Shown here: piece after piece, positions 58,774 through 64,000 of the stretch
Numbering within the stretch: the first letter of the stretch is position 1
Layout: each line of letters starts with the position of its first letter
Source: an uncultured delta proteobacterium
GTDB taxonomy: Bacteria; Desulfobacterota; Desulfomonilia; UBA1062
DNA length: 64,000 nucleotides
Direction of reading: 5' to 3'
Assembly (NCBI GenBank): GCA_963785235.1
Contig: CAWAUM010000005.1
Location: 544,001 to 608,000, forward strand
The notes under the pieces: model-generated
Databases searched by the model: none
Seen by the model: only the letters and a program-made list of their open reading frames with translations
What the model was told of the DNA's origin: nothing
Program-made: the position numbers and the translations under genes

Positions 58774-60006
58774 ATGAAGAACACTGACCATCAGGCGGCC
58801 TGCAATCAGGCCCTGGCCCGCATCATCGGCAGGAGCATAAGATCGTCGGGCTCCAGGACATTGATTGCCGAGATTGTGAAGGAATCCATCGGCAACTGGG
58901 CCAAAGACAGCAATTTGAAGAAAAAGATTGCTGCCCCTGCCCTGTGGGTAGCCTCCAGGCTGGGTAAACCGGGAACGGACGGACAGGATGCAGGCACGGC
59001 AGCCGATATGGGGACCCTCCTGACCGAACTGGCCCGGAAGGTCAATGTAGCTCGAAAAGTTGACCAGCCATGCCAGACCGGTACGAATGGAGCATCCATC
59101 GACGCCTTCCTCAGAAACACCGATTTTGGCGAGATCCTTGAGATGGTGGAAGGGGCCGATCCCCATGTGATCGAGGGCATCCGCACCTTCAATGAACAGC
59201 TCTGGAAGTACCCGGCAAAGGTAGGTTCACTGGCTATGGCCGCCAATGCGCTCCTCAACACCTCCATCAAAGCCACCTGTGAAGCCCTGAAGCCCATCGA
59301 CGAACAGTTCAGCCCGGATCTCCTGGCAGACCTCCTGCTTTCGACCGTGAGGGAAATCAAAGGAGCGAATGTGGCCATGCTCGTCAATACCGTGTGCGAG
59401 CTCATCAGGAGGATCCACACCGGCAGCCTCCGGCTGGGCAAAGGTGGCAGGCCGCTATTTCAGATGTATCTCGCCGGCCTCCTGAATGACTGCTTCCCCG
59501 TGATAAAACCCGACCTTCTGAAAAAGGCCCGGATCGCGCTGGCCGAGGACACAGAGGCCTATGCCAATGCCCTGTCGGATGCAATGAAAGCCAATCCCTC
59601 CATTCTCCTGTCTATCCTGTCCTCCATGGGCGCGGTCAGAAGCTCCCGGGCACGGGCACTGTCCAGGAAGCTCAGGTCCGTGGAAGAGGCCGATCAGGCT
59701 GGACTGGATGCTGCCGTGTCCGAAAGCGTGTCGGATTTCGACACCTATGAGGTTGCCGGGCTGATAAATACCGCATGCAGCGTTCTGGAAAGGATCCATC
59801 AGGCCAGGCCGGATATCATGACCAGCCTGGCAGGCGGAATCGTGGATTCTGTGGATACGGAACAGGTAAAACGGATCTGCGCATGGCTGATCCCGGACCT
59901 GGTGGATGCCATCAGACCCCTTGTCCCGGTCATCATGCCGGAAATCATCAGAGGGCTTCATGATCTAACCAGCCCCCTGTACGCTGCCGCAGGGGGTGAG
60001 CAATGA
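58774..60006 (+). CDS. Hypothetical all-helical protein
   Basis: 410-aa ORF tightly coupled to neighbours; TDFGE, LWKYPAKV, IHTGS..LG. Confidence 0.75.
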   Translation: MKNTDHQAACNQALARIIGRSIRSSGSRTLIAEIVKESIGNWAKDSNLKKKIAAPALWVASRLGKPGTDGQDAGTAADMGTLLTELARKVNVARKVDQPCQTGTNGASIDAFLRNTDFGEILEMVEGADPHVIEGIRTFNEQLWKYPAKVGSLAMAANALLNTSIKATCEALKPIDEQFSPDLLADLLLSTVREIKGANVAMLVNTVCELIRRIHTGSLRLGKGGRPLFQMYLAGLLNDCFPVIKPDLLKKARIALAEDTEAYANALSDAMKANPSILLSILSSMGAVRSSRARALSRKLRSVEEADQAGLDAAVSESVSDFDTYEVAGLINTACSVLERIHQARPDIMTSLAGGIVDSVDTEQVKRICAWLIPDLVDAIRPLVPVIMPEIIRGLHDLTSPLYAAAGGEQ

Positions 60007-61136
60007 TCGATGTCATGAAAGAGATTGCAGGCACCCTGCACAATAGTTTTGTCAGAGAGTGGAAAGAGGCCGGCGGCAAGGTCGTGGGATACTCGTGCAC
60101 CTTCATCCCCGAGGAAATCCTCCATGCGGCAGGGGTTCTGCCCTTCAGGCTGCGCGGTATCGGAACGACTTCGCTGTCCATCGGGGATTCCTACTATGGA
60201 GCGGTGAACTGCAGCGTGCCCAAGTGCATCCTACAGCTTGCCGGCCAGGGATCATACAATTTCCTCGACGGCTCCATCATCACGAACGGCTGCGACTCCA
60301 TGCGCAGGCTCGATGAGTGCTGGCGGACCGCAGGCAAGGACTATCCCGGCACATTGCCGGACTACCACGAATATTTCGCTGTCCCCCACAAGTCGGTGGA
60401 TTACAGTGTGGATTTTTATGAAGAAGAGCTGAGAAGAATGATTGGAACCCTTGAAAATCATTTCAAGGTCAAAATTTCAGACCAGGCCCTGAAAAAGTCC
60501 ATCAAACTCTACAATACCGTGAGGAAGACACTCCGGAAGCTCGACGAGCTGAGATACCGCAGTGATGTGGCCATCTCGGGCGAAGACGCCATGGCTGTAC
60601 TCATCGCTGCCCACGCGATCCCACCAGAGCGGTTCATGGGCTTGCTCGAAGAGATCATAGAAAAGCTCAAAGCAGCTACCTCCCTGTCGGATGGGAAGAA
60701 ACGCCTCATGCTCATGGGGAGCGCCAGCGATGACCTTGATTTCATCAGGGTCATCGAGGATTCGGGGGCCATCGTGGTGGCGGATACCGTGTGCTTCGGT
60801 TCGCGCACATACAGCTCCCTTGTGGATGAGAAAGCAGACCCGGTCCACGCGTTATCTGCCCACTACCTGAACAACAGCATCTGCCCCCGCATGCTTGGGT
60901 ATTACAAGAGCAGAAATGCATTCGTCACCGCTTTGATCAAGAAGGCAAAGGTTGACGGCGTCATCCTGCAGAACGTGCGCTTCTGCGACCTCCACGGCTC
61001 GGAAAACAGCATCTTCGAGCGGGACTTCGAGGCTCAAGGAATCCCCTGTCTGAAGCTGGAACGGGAGTACGGACCCCTTTCCGAGACCGGCAGGATAAGG
61101 ATGCGCATCGATGCGTTCATGGAGAGAATATCGTGA
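60003..61136 (+). CDS. 2-hydroxyacyl-CoA dehydratase / BcrC-like subunit
   Basis: GYSCTFIPEEILHAAG, NGCDSMRR, CPRM, RFCDLHG, RIDAFME. Confidence 0.92.
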   Translation: MIDVMKEIAGTLHNSFVREWKEAGGKVVGYSCTFIPEEILHAAGVLPFRLRGIGTTSLSIGDSYYGAVNCSVPKCILQLAGQGSYNFLDGSIITNGCDSMRRLDECWRTAGKDYPGTLPDYHEYFAVPHKSVDYSVDFYEEELRRMIGTLENHFKVKISDQALKKSIKLYNTVRKTLRKLDELRYRSDVAISGEDAMAVLIAAHAIPPERFMGLLEEIIEKLKAATSLSDGKKRLMLMGSASDDLDFIRVIEDSGAIVVADTVCFGSRTYSSLVDEKADPVHALSAHYLNNSICPRMLGYYKSRNAFVTALIKKAKVDGVILQNVRFCDLHGSENSIFERDFEAQGIPCLKLEREYGPLSETGRIRMRIDAFMERIS

Positions 61137-61215
61137 GGACTGATGAAATTGCACGACCCCCTCTTCCCAATCCTCTCCCTCAAGGGCCGAGGAAGTTTAG
61201 ATCCAGGAGGTTTTC

Positions 61216-61455
61216 ATGTGTGAAGTAAATAAGATCGAGGTTGCAATGGAAGTGCTGGGCGAAATTGCCATGGACGACAGCAGGATGCTGGCGGAAAGAC
61301 AGCGGGCCATCGATGCGCTCACCCTCTTCAAGGAATCATTGAAGATGCTGGAGCACATCGCCCGCAAAACTGAACTGGACGTCCTGAAGCAGCGTGCCGG
61401 GCTCTATATCCAGCGCATAAAAGCCGGGGCGCATATCAGCATGTCGGGAGTGTGA
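61216..61455 (+). CDS. Small hypothetical protein (HEAT-like helix pair)
   Basis: AGGAGG RBS; 79 aa between operon genes. Confidence 0.65.
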   Translation: MCEVNKIEVAMEVLGEIAMDDSRMLAERQRAIDALTLFKESLKMLEHIARKTELDVLKQRAGLYIQRIKAGAHISMSGV

Positions 61456-61468
61456 GAAAGGGGTCGCC

Positions 61469-62875
61469 ATGAAAAGAGAAACGAAAGAATATAACTTCGA
61501 CTGGATGCTCTGGTCCATGCTCGTCTCGGGGAGCAAGGTCATGGACGGGACGAGGAAGGAATACGATGCCCTTCTCCGTCTCATACCCCATTTCAGGGAC
61601 GTCATCGATCTCCTCTTAAAGCAGGGGGAGACCGGCAAGCTCTTCATGAAGATGAGCGCAGAGTATCTCGATGACATCAAGACCGTGCACGAGAAGGGGA
61701 AGAAGCTCTGCTTCGGCACATTCGTTGCCTCCAAAGCCTTGTACTATGCCTTTGAGAACGTGGTGCCTGTATGGGCCGAGATCATGACCGTGCTGGCCAC
61801 CATGATTTTCAGGAAGGGAACAGCTGAATACATGGACTTCTGCTGCGAGGCAGGGTTCACCGAGACATCGTGCTCCGCCCAGCGCGGATCGGTAGGCGCC
61901 TACCTGGCAGGCCTTGCGGAACGTCCGGATTTCCTCATCTGTGGGGCGTCCGGCATCTGTGATACCAATGCCAATGCCATGCAGTTCATGTCCTCATACC
62001 TCGATATCCCGCTCTTCCAGCTCACCTTCCCCTCAAAGCTGACTGGCAGGGATATCGACGAATACCAGCGCAAGGATTACCGGGCATTGATCTCCTTTAT
62101 AGAAGAGCAGACAGGCTCTCGCCTGGACGAGAACAGACTCAGGTCAGTGCTTGAGGAGCACAAGCGGCAGGACACGATCATCAGCGAGATCTATGACCTG
62201 GTGAGGCTCAAGCCCTGCCCCATGCCGCCCATTTTCAACCTGTTCCTGTATGCAGGGAAGCTCCATATGCCGGGGAGAAAATCCTTCACAACCGTGCTCG
62301 AATCCATGCTGGCAGACGTGCGCAGGAATGCACAGGCAGGCAGGGCCGGGACCTCTTCCGGAAAGGAACGGGCACGGCTCCTCATGTGCTACATAGACCA
62401 TTACACCACGGACGGCCGCTTCTGGCAATGGGTCGACGCTCAGGATATCAGCCTCATGCCCACGCTCATCTTCACCTTCTTCAACAAGGGCGTAAACTAC
62501 GCTGAAGGCCGAGAAGACCAGACCTATGAGATCGATACCTCCACCATGGACACCATGCTCGACTCGCTGGCGGACATTAACTCGCACATGCCCATGGTCA
62601 AGCAGCTCAGGGGCCCGTATGACGCCGCAGGCCAATGGCGGGAGGACCTTTTCTTCATGACCAGGATCATGCAGCCCGATCTGGCGGTCTACCTCGGCAG
62701 CATGGGATGCCGTAACAGTTATGGGGTAAACAAGCTTATCGAGCGCGATGCCGAACGATCCGGCCTGCCCACCCTGCTCCTGTTCGCCGATGCCTTTGAC
62801 GACAGGGTCGCCTCCTGGGATTTCTGCATGGACAAGATGAACGAGTTCATGCACGTGAGGGGGATCCTTGCATGA
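61469..62875 (+). CDS. 2-hydroxyacyl-CoA dehydratase / BcrB-like subunit
   Basis: TSCSAQRG, GICD, GSMGCRN, DAFDDR. Confidence 0.85.
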   Translation: MKRETKEYNFDWMLWSMLVSGSKVMDGTRKEYDALLRLIPHFRDVIDLLLKQGETGKLFMKMSAEYLDDIKTVHEKGKKLCFGTFVASKALYYAFENVVPVWAEIMTVLATMIFRKGTAEYMDFCCEAGFTETSCSAQRGSVGAYLAGLAERPDFLICGASGICDTNANAMQFMSSYLDIPLFQLTFPSKLTGRDIDEYQRKDYRALISFIEEQTGSRLDENRLRSVLEEHKRQDTIISEIYDLVRLKPCPMPPIFNLFLYAGKLHMPGRKSFTTVLESMLADVRRNAQAGRAGTSSGKERARLLMCYIDHYTTDGRFWQWVDAQDISLMPTLIFTFFNKGVNYAEGREDQTYEIDTSTMDTMLDSLADINSHMPMVKQLRGPYDAAGQWREDLFFMTRIMQPDLAVYLGSMGCRNSYGVNKLIERDAERSGLPTLLLFADAFDDRVASWDFCMDKMNEFMHVRGILA

Positions 62876-63654
62876 TAACAGCTGGCTGCGATGTCGGTTC
62901 ACTTACCACCAAGGCAGTTATCCTGAACGAGTCTCGGATACTCGGCCAGGCACTCATCAAGTCGACCTTCGATCCTGAAATATCGGCTGCCGAGGTTATG
63001 GAAAAAGCTCTTGCTTCAGCCCGGCTCACCATGGGCGATATCGGTTTCTGCGTGGGAACGGGATACGGCAGGGAGCGTATCGGCTTCGTAAAGAAGACCT
63101 TTTCCGAGATCACCTGCCATGCAAAGGGCGTCCACTTCCTGCACCCGTCCATCCGCACCATCATCGACGTGGGCGGCCAGGACTGCAAGGCAATTCGCCT
63201 GGATGCAAAAGGCGAGATCGAGAAATTCATCACCAACGACAAGTGCGCCTCCGGCACCGGCAGGTTCCTGGAGGTCATGGCTAAGCTCCTGGGCGTGGAC
63301 CTTGAAGACCTGGGCAGAATTTCCGGCCAGGCAGCAGCCCCCATCACCCTTGCGGGGGCATGTACGGTATGGGCCCAGGCCGAGGTAGTAGTGCACCTCA
63401 ACACAGGCAGGCCCAAGGCCGATGTGGCCGCCGGCATCAACGAGGCCATGGCATCACGTATCGCCATCCTGGCCAAGGCCGTGGGGATCGAGAAGGATGT
63501 ATGCATGTCAGGCGGCGTGGCAAAGAATGCGGGGGTGATGGCAGCCATGGAAAAGCAGCTGGACCTCCCCATACGCAGGCTCAAGGTTGACCCCCAGCTG
63601 ATGGGAGCCCTGGGCGCTGCGGTGATCGCCCGAGAAAAGGCAGGGGGAAAATGA
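62872..63654 (+). CDS. Acyl-CoA dehydratase activator (ATPase)
   Basis: GCDVGSLTTK, TGYGR, EITCH, DVGGQD, NDKCASGTGRFLE, CTVWAQAE. Confidence 0.95.
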   Translation: MITAGCDVGSLTTKAVILNESRILGQALIKSTFDPEISAAEVMEKALASARLTMGDIGFCVGTGYGRERIGFVKKTFSEITCHAKGVHFLHPSIRTIIDVGGQDCKAIRLDAKGEIEKFITNDKCASGTGRFLEVMAKLLGVDLEDLGRISGQAAAPITLAGACTVWAQAEVVVHLNTGRPKADVAAGINEAMASRIAILAKAVGIEKDVCMSGGVAKNAGVMAAMEKQLDLPIRRLKVDPQLMGALGAAVIAREKAGGK

Positions 63655-64000
63655 TGCTGACAGCAGGATGCGACATCGGATCTTTGAGCGCCAAGGCAGT
63701 GATCATGGACGGTGAAAATATTATCGCCTCCCATGTTATTTTTGCAAAACCCGAACCGGAAGAGTCTGCCCATGCGGTCATGAGCAGCGCCCTGGACAAG
63801 GCCGGGCTGTCCATGGAAGACATCACCTATTGTGTGGGAACCGGCTATGGCAGGAATGCTATCCCCTTTGCCCAGGTAGCGGAGTCGGAGATCACCTGCC
63901 ATGGGAAAGGCGGCCCAGTGGCTCAATCCCCAGGTCCGCATGGTGATAGACATAGGCGGCCAGGACGCCAAGGCCATCAGGGTCGATGAAACCGGCAAGG
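63651..64000 (+). CDS. Second dehydratase activator, partial; apparent 1-nt insertion near 63912
   Basis: GCDIGSLSAK, TGYGR, EITCHGKG; shifted frame continues AQWLNP..RMVIDIGGQDAKAI. Confidence 0.85.

Overview
Bacterial DNA that looks like an anaerobic Deltaproteobacterium/Desulfobacterota-type lipid degrader (inferred from gene content). (1) 1-10.4 kb: a sigma54-controlled operon with a 2-hydroxyacyl-CoA dehydratase-type radical enzyme and its activator, FadL, an epoxide-hydrolase-like protein and two SDRs, plus its divergent enhancer-binding activator. (2) ~10.4-40.4 kb: a mosaic accessory region with AT-rich spacers. Its cargo includes a sulfatase/octaheme cytochrome module, two MBL hydrolases, STAS, a hydrolase-PilZ fusion, HU, a PEP-CTERM protein, a PAS histidine kinase and a minimal tyrosine recombinase. 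The module junctions repeatedly carry an asymmetric ~33-bp motif centred on TG(C/T)CA. The region also holds an IS1182, an IS1182-type MITE interrupted by an IS110/IS1111 element whose bridge-RNA guides can be read from the sequence, and an ORF-less group II intron. (3) 40.5-49.9 kb: a sigma54 lipid/steroid-type catabolic operon (SCP2, two DUF2148 Fe-S proteins, ACAD, CoA ligase, thiolase, two broken genes) with a 5x15-bp repeat in its leader. It is followed by a umuD remnant, att-like remnants and tRNA-Thr. (4) 50.8-64 kb: an amino-acid ABC transporter and a TetR-associated ACAD / dehydratase-or-aryl-CoA-reductase-like cluster. All calls come from motif recognition by eye; no database searches were run.
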